Shown here: piece after piece, positions 18,209-27,161 of the stretch
Layout of the letters: the number at the start of each line of letters is the position of its first letter
Position numbering within the stretch: position 1 is the stretch's first letter
From: an uncultured Bacilli bacterium
GTDB lineage: Bacteria; Bacillota_I; Bacilli_A; RF39; UBA660
Direction of reading: 5' to 3'
Length of the DNA: 48,796 nt
Assembly: GCA_944359885.1 (NCBI GenBank)
Contig: CALVTC010000002.1
Span: forward strand, 1-48,796
Translations under genes and position numbers: made by a program
Notes under the pieces: generated by a model
What the model saw: only the letters and a program-made list of their open reading frames with translations
Told to the model about the DNA's origin: nothing
Databases searched by the model: none

Positions 18209-19958
18209 AATAACTGGCAAAAACAAATTTAAAACGTTGCAACTTGGATTGATTCGTACTCTGTGTAAGAATTGGCGTATTATCTGGACTAGTATATCCC
18301 AATCGTCTTCCTCCATTAGAAGAAATAACATAATATCCATTTTGTAACGAAACAATAGAAAAGTTCTGTGAAACCATTGAACTATTTTCATCTAGTAAAC
18401 TAACCAATTGGCCAATACTACTACCACTTACACTCCACACTTTTTGATATTGAGTACTTTCAATCCGATATTGTCCACCACTTCGATAAACTCTCCAAAC
18501 CTGATCATCATCACCAGTAAAAGTCTGCATATCAGCAATAATAGAACTACCTTCATCTTTTGCCGTCAAAGCTAAATTTAAAGTATCAGCAGAAAAAATA
18601 TAATAATTCCCATCTGGAATCTCACCTAATACATCATATTGGAAAGAATTATAACGAACTCCATCCGATGTTTCTACTTCATTTTCTTGCCCAGAAGAAT
18701 TAGGGTCGGTACTTTTATTTCGAATATAATTCCAATTAACTCCATCAGAACTAACTGCTAAATTATGACCAATAGTAGATCCTTGATAGCGATGCCACAC
18801 GGCAACTTCATCTAAATCCTCAGCAGTAGGCAAACTAACCACTACACACTTCTCACCAACACCATAAATAGAAGCTGCTTTAGAAGAATCATCTGCAATA
18901 CCATCATTAATTTTGTCTACAGATGTAAGATTACCACCAGAAGAAGAAATAGTAACTCCACTATCATCCGCGATATTATTTCCATCTTTCATTGCTTGTA
19001 TTTCTAACCAAAAGGCAGTATTTGCCGTATCACTATCTTGAACAACACAATCACGAATGTAACGCACCTGGTTCAACTTAGTATTACTACCCTTTCTTGG
19101 AGGATTATCAATATCATTATCAGATACCTTACCAATTTTAAATTTACCATTAGAAGAATTAACACCCTCTATCATAAAGCCATTATAAATAGTTGGTGTA
19201 TAAGGTTCCAAAATCATTTCACCATCATCAGTATAATCCCCACGATGAATAGAAAAACTCTTCATCGTATCTGTAGTGACATTAGCACCATCCCGTATAC
19301 GAACACCAGCATATCCCATGATAAAAGAAGATCCACCGCCATCACCAGTAGCACCATAATAACCTCCTCCACCACGAGAAGTAGATGTTGCCATTCCAAA
19401 AGTGCCAGAAGACTGAGTACCACTAGAAGCACCGAGTCCTACCAAAGCACCACCATCTCCACTAGCACCACCACCAGCGGCCACCATAACTCTAGATTGC
19501 AAAGACTCATCACTATCCCAATCTCCACTAATCAAACGAACATCAGTAGCACCACCACCTCGGGAACCAGAGTTAAAAGTATCATCATTGCCACCACGTT
19601 CACCAACATAAAAATAAATATGCTCATTTTCACTTAAATACATAATACCAGATACATAAGCACCTCGACCGCCACTAGCACCACCGCCAGCTCCCCATAA
19701 CTCTATCTTATACCATCCAGCAGAAGGAGCAATATACTCTCTTCCAGTACTATCGATTTCTCCACCAATATACTCTCCTTCAGTATTCGCAATACTAAAC
19801 CGGTTTAATTCATCTTCTACCTTATCAACAAAAGAAGAAGTATTCTGTCTACTAGTTCCCAAATTACCAAGTAAAGCAAATACAATCAACAAAGACATTA
19901 ACATCAAACCATACAATAATGTTGAAATAGCAAAACCACGATTATTAAGTCTCTTCAT
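18207..19958 (-). CDS. Prepilin-leader-like, glycine-rich, discoidin-like and ricin-B-lectin multidomain surface protein
   Basis: 583 aa. The N-terminus KRLNNRG-FAISTLLYGLMLMSLLIVFALL resembles a class III (prepilin) signal. Residues ~75-215 are glycine-rich (ELWGAGGGASGGRGAYVSG, GERGGN, GGGATDVR, AAGGGASGDGG, GGGGYYGATGDGGGSSF). Residues ~295-400 look like a galactose-binding/discoidin domain. The C-terminal ~140 aa carry QxW-like repeats (DQVWRV, QKVWSV, LQRFKF) typical of a ricin-type beta-trefoil. Confidence 0.75.
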   Translation of the reverse strand: MKRLNNRGFAISTLLYGLMLMSLLIVFALLGNLGTSRQNTSSFVDKVEDELNRFSIANTEGEYIGGEIDSTGREYIAPSAGWYKIELWGAGGGASGGRGAYVSGIMYLSENEHIYFYVGERGGNDDTFNSGSRGGGATDVRLISGDWDSDESLQSRVMVAAGGGASGDGGALVGLGASSGTQSSGTFGMATSTSRGGGGYYGATGDGGGSSFIMGYAGVRIRDGANVTTDTMKSFSIHRGDYTDDGEMILEPYTPTIYNGFMIEGVNSSNGKFKIGKVSDNDIDNPPRKGSNTKLNQVRYIRDCVVQDSDTANTAFWLEIQAMKDGNNIADDSGVTISSSGGNLTSVDKINDGIADDSSKAASIYGVGEKCVVVSLPTAEDLDEVAVWHRYQGSTIGHNLAVSSDGVNWNYIRNKSTDPNSSGQENEVETSDGVRYNSFQYDVLGEIPDGNYYIFSADTLNLALTAKDEGSSIIADMQTFTGDDDQVWRVYRSGGQYRIESTQYQKVWSVSGSSIGQLVSLLDENSSMVSQNFSIVSLQNGYYVISSNGGRRLGYTSPDNTPILTQSTNQSKLQRFKFVFASY

Positions 19959-19985
19959 ATTATCACCTATCTTACGATTATTTTA

Positions 19986-20531
19986 TCACACTTGTCGTAA
20001 GATAGCTACCCATTTATCTCCATATTTTTTACTCTTGACAACTTCTAGATGGGAAGGAAAAATAAGCTTTTCTAAATCATCTGTCTCTACTACCAAAATC
20101 CCATTGAGTGAAAGTAAAGAAAGTCTATCAATCATAAAAATACTCTTCTCTACCAAATCAGTTTGATAAGGAGGATCAAGGAAAATAATATCAAAGGAAA
20201 TCTTTTCTTTAAAAAACAACTCCAACGCTTTAGAATAATCTAGTAAAAAAACAGTATTTAATTTAATATCTAATTGCTTCAAATTCTTTAAAATTGTCTG
20301 ATAACATATCTTACTCTTATCAACAAAATAAACAGTCTTTGCGCCTTCACTTAACGCTTCAATTCCTAAATTACCACTACCAGCAAATAAATCAAGTACT
20401 ACCGCATCTGGGATTTTAGACTGAATCATCGCAAATACACTTTCTTTTACTCTATCCATAGTAGGTCTTGTACCCTGAATATGAAATCCATCTAAACTTC
20501 TTCCTTTATATTTTCCACTAATAATTTTCAC
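19986..20531 (-). CDS. rsmD: 16S rRNA (guanine966-N2)-methyltransferase RsmD
   Basis: VKIISGKYKGR, RPTMDRVKESVF, DLFAGSGNLGIEALSEGA and FLDPPY motifs. I prefer the GTG at 20531 (SD AGAGGGA) over the TTG at 20552 used by the ORF track. Confidence 0.85.
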   Translation of the reverse strand: MKIISGKYKGRSLDGFHIQGTRPTMDRVKESVFAMIQSKIPDAVVLDLFAGSGNLGIEALSEGAKTVYFVDKSKICYQTILKNLKQLDIKLNTVFLLDYSKALELFFKEKISFDIIFLDPPYQTDLVEKSIFMIDRLSLLSLNGILVVETDDLEKLIFPSHLEVVKSKKYGDKWVAILRQV

Positions 20532-20824
20532 AACATCCCTCTTTTCTGACAATCAACGCTACTTCTTAATTTTCTAAACTTCTGATTTATTCCAAAAATA
20601 AGAAGCTGTAACTCACTTTCTTTTTCTTTATACGCTAAAAAAGAAGGCGACTGTTCTATCTCCTTTTTTAAAGCATCAGAAGGCAATTTGTGATAAGACT
20701 CGATTTTTAAAACAAGTTCTCTATCTTCAAATGTTTTCTTCTTCTGTATCAAAAACTCTAAAACCACATCTTCCTGATAAATAATATCTTTTAATTGTTC
20801 TAATTTCTCAATTAACTCTTCCAT
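20528..20824 (-). CDS. Small helical protein, possibly YlbF/YmcA-like
   Basis: 98 aa. The assignment rests mainly on its position between a ylbE-like gene and rsmD, plus helical, heptad-like sequence. Direct similarity is weak. Confidence 0.35.
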   Translation of the reverse strand: MEELIEKLEQLKDIIYQEDVVLEFLIQKKKTFEDRELVLKIESYHKLPSDALKKEIEQSPSFLAYKEKESELQLLIFGINQKFRKLRSSVDCQKRGML

Positions 20825-20845
20825 AAGAACATTGTATCACAAAAT

Positions 20846-21067
20846 CTATTTTAATACATCCATAAACGTAGAAATCATCTGCATACTATTGGTAAACTTT
20901 TCAAAGCAATCAGAAAAAGTTAATTTATAATATTGCTTCGCTTCTTTTTCCATTTCTTTTAAAGCGTTAGAACTTCGATTTAATCTCTTATACCAAGAAG
21001 AATTTGCTCGTAGATAAGAATAAAGTAAGGGGTTACTTTTAATACTTTGAATAGTATATAAATCCAT
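20846..21067 (-). CDS. YlbE-like protein
   Basis: 73 aa. The SWYKRLNRS...YYKLTF...EKF...MQM pattern resembles Bacillus YlbE (WYRKLSR...YKKT...F..Q.QM, recalled from memory). Synteny agrees. Confidence 0.5.
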   Translation of the reverse strand: MDLYTIQSIKSNPLLYSYLRANSSWYKRLNRSSNALKEMEKEAKQYYKLTFSDCFEKFTNSMQMISTFMDVLK

Positions 21068-21069
21068 AA

Positions 21070-21450
21070 TTAGTCATCAAAATGTTGATATAATGGTCTA
21101 GGTTCATAATTAGTAGTATCACCACTACCACTACCATGACCAATACCAATATCTTGTAATAATCCTAAAGCTTTTTGAATATTCGTAATCCCTTTTTGAA
21201 CAGAGTTTAAATCAATATTCTTAATATTTTGCATCAATTCTCTTAACGTACCAGAAAGATCACTCCCTTGTGTTGCAGAAGATAAAGAGCTAGAAGAAGT
21301 AGAAGAAAAATAATCTTTCCAAATACTGCTATTTTCTCCGTAAATTTCATATAGTTCATAAAGTCTTTGCCAACTAGTTTTCCCATTCATAACATAATTT
21401 GCAAGCTCGGTATGACCTCTTGCAAAAGATTTAAAAGACTCTTTTGACAT
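21070..21450 (-). CDS. YlbD-like (putative coat-associated) protein
   Basis: 126 aa. SWQRLYELYEIYGENSSIWKDY resembles the YlbD block SWQDVYE.W.L.GE.D.IW..Y (recalled from memory). It is followed by a Ser/Gly-rich region. Synteny with ylbE and rsmD agrees. Confidence 0.5.
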   Translation of the reverse strand: MSKESFKSFARGHTELANYVMNGKTSWQRLYELYEIYGENSSIWKDYFSSTSSSSLSSATQGSDLSGTLRELMQNIKNIDLNSVQKGITNIQKALGLLQDIGIGHGSGSGDTTNYEPRPLYQHFDD

Positions 21451-21478
21451 ATTACCACCACTACATTATATGAAAGGC

Positions 21479-21508
21479 AAAAAAAAAGAAGAACTATATC
21501 TTCTTCTT
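21479..21508 (-). terminator. Weak AT-rich terminator after the 21520-21900 gene
   Basis: Minus strand: AAGAAGAA-gatatag-TTCTTCTT followed by TTTTTTT. Confidence 0.4.
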
Positions 21509-21519
21509 AATTATTATAT

Positions 21520-21900
21520 TTATTTTGTCACTCCCATGACATTAACAACCTCATTAGGCCATTTTTCTAAAACAACTTCTCTACAAGCTCCCTCGATTTC
21601 ATCAAATGTATATCCTTGGTCTAAAAGAGTGCTTTCATGAACATCACGTAAAAATTCATATTTTCCATACTCATCTTTTTCATAAAAAGAAGAATCAACT
21701 GGAACAAATTTACCAAATATCTCCAAACCATCAACTGTTGTTAAATTAAAATTATGATTTACTACTTCGTCAATAAGAGAATAATTACTCATAGGATTCG
21801 TAATAATATTCTCAGAGTTCAATTCAAAATTAGAATTTTTACATATAAAATCAAGCAACAAGTGATATCTTATAGTAGCAACAACATCCTTTTTTTGCAT
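21520..21900 (-). CDS. Hypothetical cytoplasmic protein
   Basis: 126-aa ORF on the gene-dense strand. No SD is obvious and no family is recognised. Confidence 0.45.
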   Translation of the reverse strand: MQKKDVVATIRYHLLLDFICKNSNFELNSENIITNPMSNYSLIDEVVNHNFNLTTVDGLEIFGKFVPVDSSFYEKDEYGKYEFLRDVHESTLLDQGYTFDEIEGACREVVLEKWPNEVVNVMGVTK

Positions 21901-22105
21901 GATAATCTAACAATCGTCTCTCATTATAAAGAGGTACTAGTTTATGTCGTCCAAATCCAAATGTAGAAACATTATTTCTAGTCCCCAAATCAACACCCAA
22001 TTTTTTCACGCTCTACTTCTTCTTTTCTAATAAAAAGTTCTTCCTCAATAATATCTTTCAATTTTTTCCATCCATAAAAATTATTCCCTTCAAATAATGA
22101 CTTAA

Positions 22106-22135
22106 TTATACCATAAACAAAACATCTACTTCAAG
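22106..22135 (-). promoter_or_regulatory. Possible extended -10 promoter downstream of parC
   Basis: Minus strand: TTGAAG (22130-22135), an 18-nt spacer, then TGGTATAAT (22106-22114). This would give a leader of about 200 nt before the 21900 ATG. Confidence 0.3.
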
Positions 22136-24687
22136 AAGTCATCAATGGTCATCAATCGATCATCAATTTCTTTTAAGGAAACCTTCTCTTTTTTAGGTAT
22201 AACTTTCTCCTTTTTTTCTTCTACCTCTACCAAGTCATCTACTTTTTCTTCTTCTAAATTTTCTCTTCTTTTTAATGTTGCTATCAAGAAACTATCTGTA
22301 AGAGGATGCTTAGATATTTGTCCACCAGTAGAATAACGATCAGAAATACTTAGCTCTGTTAGCTTCAATGTGTGAATGTCCCCATTTTTAATACCAATAT
22401 AATTTTTAGAATCCGTAATAAATGTTTTAATAACATGATAAGGATTACTTTTTACTTCACGTATCATTAATAATCCTCTACGAGAACGTGTAGAAAGTTC
22501 AAATTCTGAAAGACGCACTCTCTTACCAGTACCCTTATCTGTAATAACAGAAAGATATTCCGCATGATTTGGATCAAATTGATTCATAGATACAATATAA
22601 TCATCTTTTAATTTCATAGCTCTAACACCAGCAGCTTTTACACCAACAATTGGCACATCTTCTGTTAAAAAGCTTAACCCATAACCGGTATTCGTAGTAA
22701 GAAATAATGCATTTTCTTCTTCAATAAAACTATCAACAACCAAATCATCATCTTTTAACTTCATACAACTCGTAGGTTTAGAATAACGTGAAAGTTTAAA
22801 ATCTTTTAACTTACTACGTTTAATCATACCATTTCTACTAACAATAACAACATTCTTACTAACCTCAAAAGAAGAAACCGGAATGGCACTCACTACCGCT
22901 TCATCTGGAGACATCGCAATAACATTGCTAACATGTTTAGGCATATCTTTCCATTTCAAATCCGGTAAAATATGAACCGGAATATGTAAATAATTACCAT
23001 GTGTAGTAAACACCAATAAAGTATCTAGGGTACTCATCTCATAAATTCCTAAAATATAATCTCCCTCTTTAATTGTAATATCCTCTGGATTAGATGCTGT
23101 ATAACTTCTAAACGATGTACGTTTTACATAACCATCTCTCGTTACCATAACAACACAATCTTCTTTTGGAATCATAGCAGCTGTATCAATCTTAATCTCC
23201 GTAATTTCAGCTTTAACATCTGTAAGACGTTCCGTTGGATAATTTTTCTTTACATCTCGTAAATCTTTCTTCATAACAGACTTCATTACCTCTTCACTAC
23301 CAAGTATAGCAGTAAGCCCATTAATAATTTTCTCTAAATTTGCCATCTCTTCTTCCAATGAAACAACATCTGTATTCGTCAAACGATAAAGTTGTAAAGT
23401 AACAATTGCTTCTGCTTGTTCCATAGTAAAAAGGAATTCTTTTACTAAGTTATCTTTAGCATCACTCTTATTCTTAGACTCACGAATTACTCGAATAACA
23501 TCATCTAAAATAGAAATACATTTAATTAAACCTTCTACAATATGATAACGAGCCTTTGCATGTTTCAAATCAAACTCTGTACGACGACGTACCACTTCTT
23601 TTTGATGTTGAATAAAAGCATCTAGACAACCAGTAAGTCCTAATAATTTTGGTCTTTTATTAACAATCGCAACCATATTAAAATTATAATTAATTTGCAT
23701 ATCCGTATTTTTAAGTAAATAATTAACAACTAAATCAACATTAGCATTCTTCTTTAAATCAATAACAACTCTAACATCACTAGCTGACTCATCTCTTACT
23801 TCACTAATTCCATCAATCTTTTTATCAATACGAATATCATCAATTTTCTTTACCATCAACGCCTTATTAACTTCAAATGGAATCTCAGTAATTACAATAG
23901 ATTTACCATTTTTTGTCTCTTCGATTGTATATCTACTTTTTACAACAATCTTTCCACGGCCAGTTTCATATGCTTGTCGAATCCCAGCAATTCCTTCAAT
24001 CACTCCACCAGTTGGAAAATCAGGACCTTTAACATAATTCATTAAAGTATCTAAACTACAATTAGGACTATCGATTCTATGAATGGTTGCATCAATAATC
24101 TCTCCCAAATTATGTGGTGGAATATTAGTAGCATAACCAGCAGAAATTCCCATTGCTCCATAAACAAGAAGTGCTGGAAAACGTGCCGGTAAAACCGTAG
24201 GTTCAACAGTAGTATCATCAAAGTTCGGAGCAAACTCTACAGTATCCTTATCAATATCTCGAAGCATCTCATTACTAATTTTAGAAAGTCTTGCTTCAGT
24301 ATAACGATAGGCAGCTGGACTGTCTCCATCAATAGACCCATTATTACCATGCATATCAATATAAGGAAGTCTAGTTTTCCATGGTTGACTCATACGAACC
24401 ATTGCATCATAAATAGAACTATCACCATGAGGATGATAATTACCAATAACATCTCCTACAGTCTTAGCACTCTTACGATACCCATGATCATAAGTATTTT
24501 TTTCCTTATGCATAGAATATAAAATACGACGTTGAACTGGTTTTAATCCATCTCTGGCATCAGGAATAGCTCGATCTTGAATAATATATTTCGAATAACT
24601 TCCAAACCGCTCTCCCATGATATCTTCTAATGTATAATCAAAAATCTTTTCAATTACTTCCTGTGTTTCTGTTTTTTTCTTAGGCAT
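22126..24687 (-). CDS. parC: DNA topoisomerase IV subunit A
   Basis: 853 aa. GERFGSYSKYIIQDRAIPDARDGLKPVQRRILYSM is the ParC-type N-terminus (RFG.YSKYIIQ), and the active-site region reads AAYRYTEARL. I saw no GyrA-box (QRRGGKG). Confidence 0.9.
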   Translation of the reverse strand: MPKKKTETQEVIEKIFDYTLEDIMGERFGSYSKYIIQDRAIPDARDGLKPVQRRILYSMHKEKNTYDHGYRKSAKTVGDVIGNYHPHGDSSIYDAMVRMSQPWKTRLPYIDMHGNNGSIDGDSPAAYRYTEARLSKISNEMLRDIDKDTVEFAPNFDDTTVEPTVLPARFPALLVYGAMGISAGYATNIPPHNLGEIIDATIHRIDSPNCSLDTLMNYVKGPDFPTGGVIEGIAGIRQAYETGRGKIVVKSRYTIEETKNGKSIVITEIPFEVNKALMVKKIDDIRIDKKIDGISEVRDESASDVRVVIDLKKNANVDLVVNYLLKNTDMQINYNFNMVAIVNKRPKLLGLTGCLDAFIQHQKEVVRRRTEFDLKHAKARYHIVEGLIKCISILDDVIRVIRESKNKSDAKDNLVKEFLFTMEQAEAIVTLQLYRLTNTDVVSLEEEMANLEKIINGLTAILGSEEVMKSVMKKDLRDVKKNYPTERLTDVKAEITEIKIDTAAMIPKEDCVVMVTRDGYVKRTSFRSYTASNPEDITIKEGDYILGIYEMSTLDTLLVFTTHGNYLHIPVHILPDLKWKDMPKHVSNVIAMSPDEAVVSAIPVSSFEVSKNVVIVSRNGMIKRSKLKDFKLSRYSKPTSCMKLKDDDLVVDSFIEEENALFLTTNTGYGLSFLTEDVPIVGVKAAGVRAMKLKDDYIVSMNQFDPNHAEYLSVITDKGTGKRVRLSEFELSTRSRRGLLMIREVKSNPYHVIKTFITDSKNYIGIKNGDIHTLKLTELSISDRYSTGGQISKHPLTDSFLIATLKRRENLEEEKVDDLVEVEEKKEKVIPKKEKVSLKEIDDRLMTIDDFLK

Positions 24688-24710
24688 AACTACACTCCCT
24701 CATCTTCTAA

Positions 24711-25184
24711 TTAATGAATGAGACACCCCTCATCCTCAGATATTATTATTTTATCATCACTAGACTGTATATATTGATCCACAAAACTCGAAAAATATGG
24801 AAAAATATCCTCATCTAGTATACCGAATTTTTCCAAGAAAAGATAACCAGTTAAATCATCAATCTCCCGATTCATAAATCTTGGATGTGAAAAAAGATCG
24901 GAAGAGTAAAAACATGGCATTTCAATAAAATCTGCTGTTAATGGTTTATCTTTCTCTTTGGCAAATACCATCATCCCTGTATATTTTGATCCATCCCCTT
25001 GCAAAATAACTTCATCAATTTCACGAAAAGTAAGTCCATGCATCATCCCAAAGGGAATAACTCTAGTATCTTTACTACCAATATTCAAACTAACTTCCGC
25101 CTCAAAATCCTCACTGCAAAAAGCGCCTTGATATAGTGCTACATACCATTCAATATTCGAACTAATCTTATAATTTTTATTCAT
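24711..25184 (-). CDS. parE-parC array paralog P5 (unknown family)
   Basis: 157 aa from the ATG at 25184 (SD GGGGG 6 nt upstream). Motifs: IEWYVALY, RVIPFG, LTFREI, YTGMMVFAKEKDK, FPYFSSFV. Ends in LIH. Confidence 0.7.
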   Translation of the reverse strand: MNKNYKISSNIEWYVALYQGAFCSEDFEAEVSLNIGSKDTRVIPFGMMHGLTFREIDEVILQGDGSKYTGMMVFAKEKDKPLTADFIEMPCFYSSDLFSHPRFMNREIDDLTGYLFLEKFGILDEDIFPYFSSFVDQYIQSSDDKIIISEDEGCLIH

Positions 25185-25207
25185 AAATAACCCCCACGAA
25201 ATAACAA

Positions 25208-25678
25208 TCAATGTATTAAATTATCCTTTGGTTGTTTGATATAACTTTTATTTTCATTTTTATATTGAGATATAAAGTCTTTAGCAACAATTTTTTCTGC
25301 TTCGCTAAAAGAGACAAAATTGACATTAAAATAAGAAAGTAAATGATAATCGATTCGGCTATTACATAAAGAAGAGTCATAGAAACAATCCTCCTTATAA
25401 AAGCGATAATATAAAGGTTTTGTAGGATAATTTCCACGACTTCTATCATTAGCAAATACTAACATACCATGATAGCCCATAACTTTATCTAAAACAGGAT
25501 CATAATTCATATCCTCAAAGGTAAAATCTCGAACAAAACCAAATGGAATAACTTTTGTCTGCTTATCATCAATTTTGGAAATAGCATCACCCAAAGGATC
25601 ATTCGCATTAATATATTGAGGAAATAATGCAACATACCATCGCAACTTACTTCTCCTTTCAAAATTACTATTTCTCAT
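25208..25678 (-). CDS. parE-parC array paralog P4 (unknown family)
   Basis: 156 aa with SD GGAGGTGG. Motifs: LRWYVALF, KVIPFG, FTFEDM, YHGMLVFANDRS. Ends in LIH. Confidence 0.7.
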   Translation of the reverse strand: MRNSNFERRSKLRWYVALFPQYINANDPLGDAISKIDDKQTKVIPFGFVRDFTFEDMNYDPVLDKVMGYHGMLVFANDRSRGNYPTKPLYYRFYKEDCFYDSSLCNSRIDYHLLSYFNVNFVSFSEAEKIVAKDFISQYKNENKSYIKQPKDNLIH

Positions 25679-25734
25679 AACACCACCTCCAAAATCAAAA
25701 TAGCAGCATTTATTTCTAAAATAAAACTTAAAAA

Positions 25735-26169
25735 CTAAGAAAACTTTATTGTTTTCACAAGTTTACTTTCTTCTTCCATATAAGAATATCCACAATATCT
25801 TACCAAGAAATCAATCAAAAAGGGTTGAAAATCTTCAGGATAAAATGAAAAATCATTACTAATAATAGCTTCCATAATCTCCACTAGAGAAAAATCTTGA
25901 TTGCCATTAAAAATATCATTTATAAATAGTTCTACACAATAAGTAGAATCATCATCTTTACAAGCAAACACGTACATTCCACTATATTGGTCATAATCCT
26001 TATCCAATAAATCTGAAAAAGAAAAATCTTTTACTTCATCAAAAGAATAAGAAGAAAAACACTCATCTAGCATATTACTATTTTCGAAAAGGATATCTTT
26101 ATCAATTCCTGCATCAGGAAAAGCACAGTACCAGCTAATATCGGGAATAAATACTTTATTAAAATTCAT
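25735..26169 (-). CDS. parE-parC array paralog P3 (unknown family, most divergent)
   Basis: 144 aa from the ATG at 26169 (SD GGAGGA; the ORF track starts at a GTG inside the SD). Motifs: ISWYCAF, FSFSDL, YSGMYVFACKDDD, FYPEDFQPFLIDFL. Confidence 0.65.
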   Translation of the reverse strand: MNFNKVFIPDISWYCAFPDAGIDKDILFENSNMLDECFSSYSFDEVKDFSFSDLLDKDYDQYSGMYVFACKDDDSTYCVELFINDIFNGNQDFSLVEIMEAIISNDFSFYPEDFQPFLIDFLVRYCGYSYMEEESKLVKTIKFS

Positions 26170-26186
26170 AATTTCCTCCACCTAAA

Positions 26187-26654
26187 CTAATTTACTATAT
26201 CATCATTCTTTTCTAACGTCTTGCCATATTCACTTTCCTTAGGATATCGTTCTAAAAAGTCATCAAAATAAGGATAAAACTCCTCTGTAAACAAATCTTC
26301 GTTGCCCCTACATAAAACTTTCATAACATCCTCAATACTTTTATCCTGATAAAAATCAATATTAAAATCTTCCGGATAATAGAAAAAAGCAGCAGCAGGA
26401 GAAAATGGCAACAACTTTTTATCTTTTTCCTGAGTAAATATCAAAACAGCAGAATAAGATACACCAGTCGTTTCTAAAAAATAATCATTTATCTCTGAAA
26501 AAGTCAATTCTTTCAATAGTCCAAATGGCACAATTCGTGTCGCTTCTTCTCCGATTTTAGAAAAAGCATCTCTAACTGGATCCTCACTAGATAAACTTTG
26601 ACTAAAAAACGCAACATACCATTGAATATCTAACAAATTTGATTGTCTTTTCAT
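26187..26654 (-). CDS. parE-parC array paralog P2 (unknown family)
   Basis: 155 aa with SD AGAGGAGA. Motifs: IQWYVAFF, RIVPFG, LTFSEI, YSAVLIFTQEKDK, FYPYFDDFLERY. Confidence 0.7.
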   Translation of the reverse strand: MKRQSNLLDIQWYVAFFSQSLSSEDPVRDAFSKIGEEATRIVPFGLLKELTFSEINDYFLETTGVSYSAVLIFTQEKDKKLLPFSPAAAFFYYPEDFNIDFYQDKSIEDVMKVLCRGNEDLFTEEFYPYFDDFLERYPKESEYGKTLEKNDDIVN

Positions 26655-26683
26655 AACACATCTCCTCTAATTAATTTAAGTAA

Positions 26684-27148
26684 TTATCTTTTTTCTTGAT
26701 AATGTCGTAGAATTCTTTGGTCTCGTTTATAATATTTCTCTACAAATTGATAAACTAAAGTATCATTAGAAAAGGAAGAAGAAAATTCAAGATAATAATT
26801 AGCGCAAATATCTTCAATTTTCTGATTTTGCATCTCCTCCTCCAGTAACTCTACTCTAGAAAAAACAATTGGAACTAAAACAGAGGAAGAAAAAGACAAG
26901 ACAGCATCATCATGAGCAAAAATCATAATATCAGAAAACCCACCATCTTTTTGATTCAAAAAAGATGCAACATCCATGAGTGTAAAACCACAAAATGCCC
27001 AAAATGGAAAAATAACGGCATTCCCCTCAGCCATTTCCTTTTTATAATAATCAAATATTTCTGAACTAGTCGTATAACTATCAGGTACAGGATTATGCAA
27101 CAAAGAAATATACCACTGAGCACTCTCATTAAAACTAGACTTTTCCAT
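26684..27148 (-). CDS. parE-parC array paralog P1 (unknown family)
   Basis: 154 aa from the ATG at 27148. SD GGAGGA (27154-27159) lies in the 13-nt gap after the parE stop. Motifs: AQWYISLL, VIFPFW, FTLMDV, FSDIMIFAHDD. Confidence 0.65.
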   Translation of the reverse strand: MEKSSFNESAQWYISLLHNPVPDSYTTSSEIFDYYKKEMAEGNAVIFPFWAFCGFTLMDVASFLNQKDGGFSDIMIFAHDDAVLSFSSSVLVPIVFSRVELLEEEMQNQKIEDICANYYLEFSSSFSNDTLVYQFVEKYYKRDQRILRHYQEKR

Positions 27149-27161
27149 ACTAATCCTCCAT

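Noticed and set aside
18155-18391. A 78-aa minus-strand ORF overlapping the 3' end of the lectin gene out of frame.
   Set aside because: It overlaps the ricin-like domain coding frame, which carries recognisable QxW repeats. It has no independent SD.
19038-19637. A 199-aa plus-strand ORF antisense to the glycine-rich part of the 583-aa gene.
   Set aside because: It is the reverse-strand shadow of Gly-rich codons (a T/S/I/R-rich low-complexity translation). It has no SD and lies entirely inside a much better supported gene.
21901-22125. Possible frameshifted gene remnant in the 225-nt spacer after parC. The minus-strand frames read WKKLKDIIEEELFIRKEEVEREKIG and LGVDLGTRNNVSTFGFG. An A7 run at the 21900 start codon would fuse the frames if it were one A shorter.
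   Set aside because: The GVDLG-like match is too short and generic. Joining the pieces needs at least two frameshifts, and no start codon is evident. It is more simply a long leader behind a possible extended -10 promoter.
24051-24233. Short same-strand out-of-frame ORFs inside parC. Comparable ones occur at 28607-28849 in parE, 30938-31123 in recD2, 32505-32708 in mtaB and 25216-25455 in paralog P4.
   Set aside because: They are embedded in alternative frames of well-supported genes, have hydrophobic low-complexity translations, and lack SDs.
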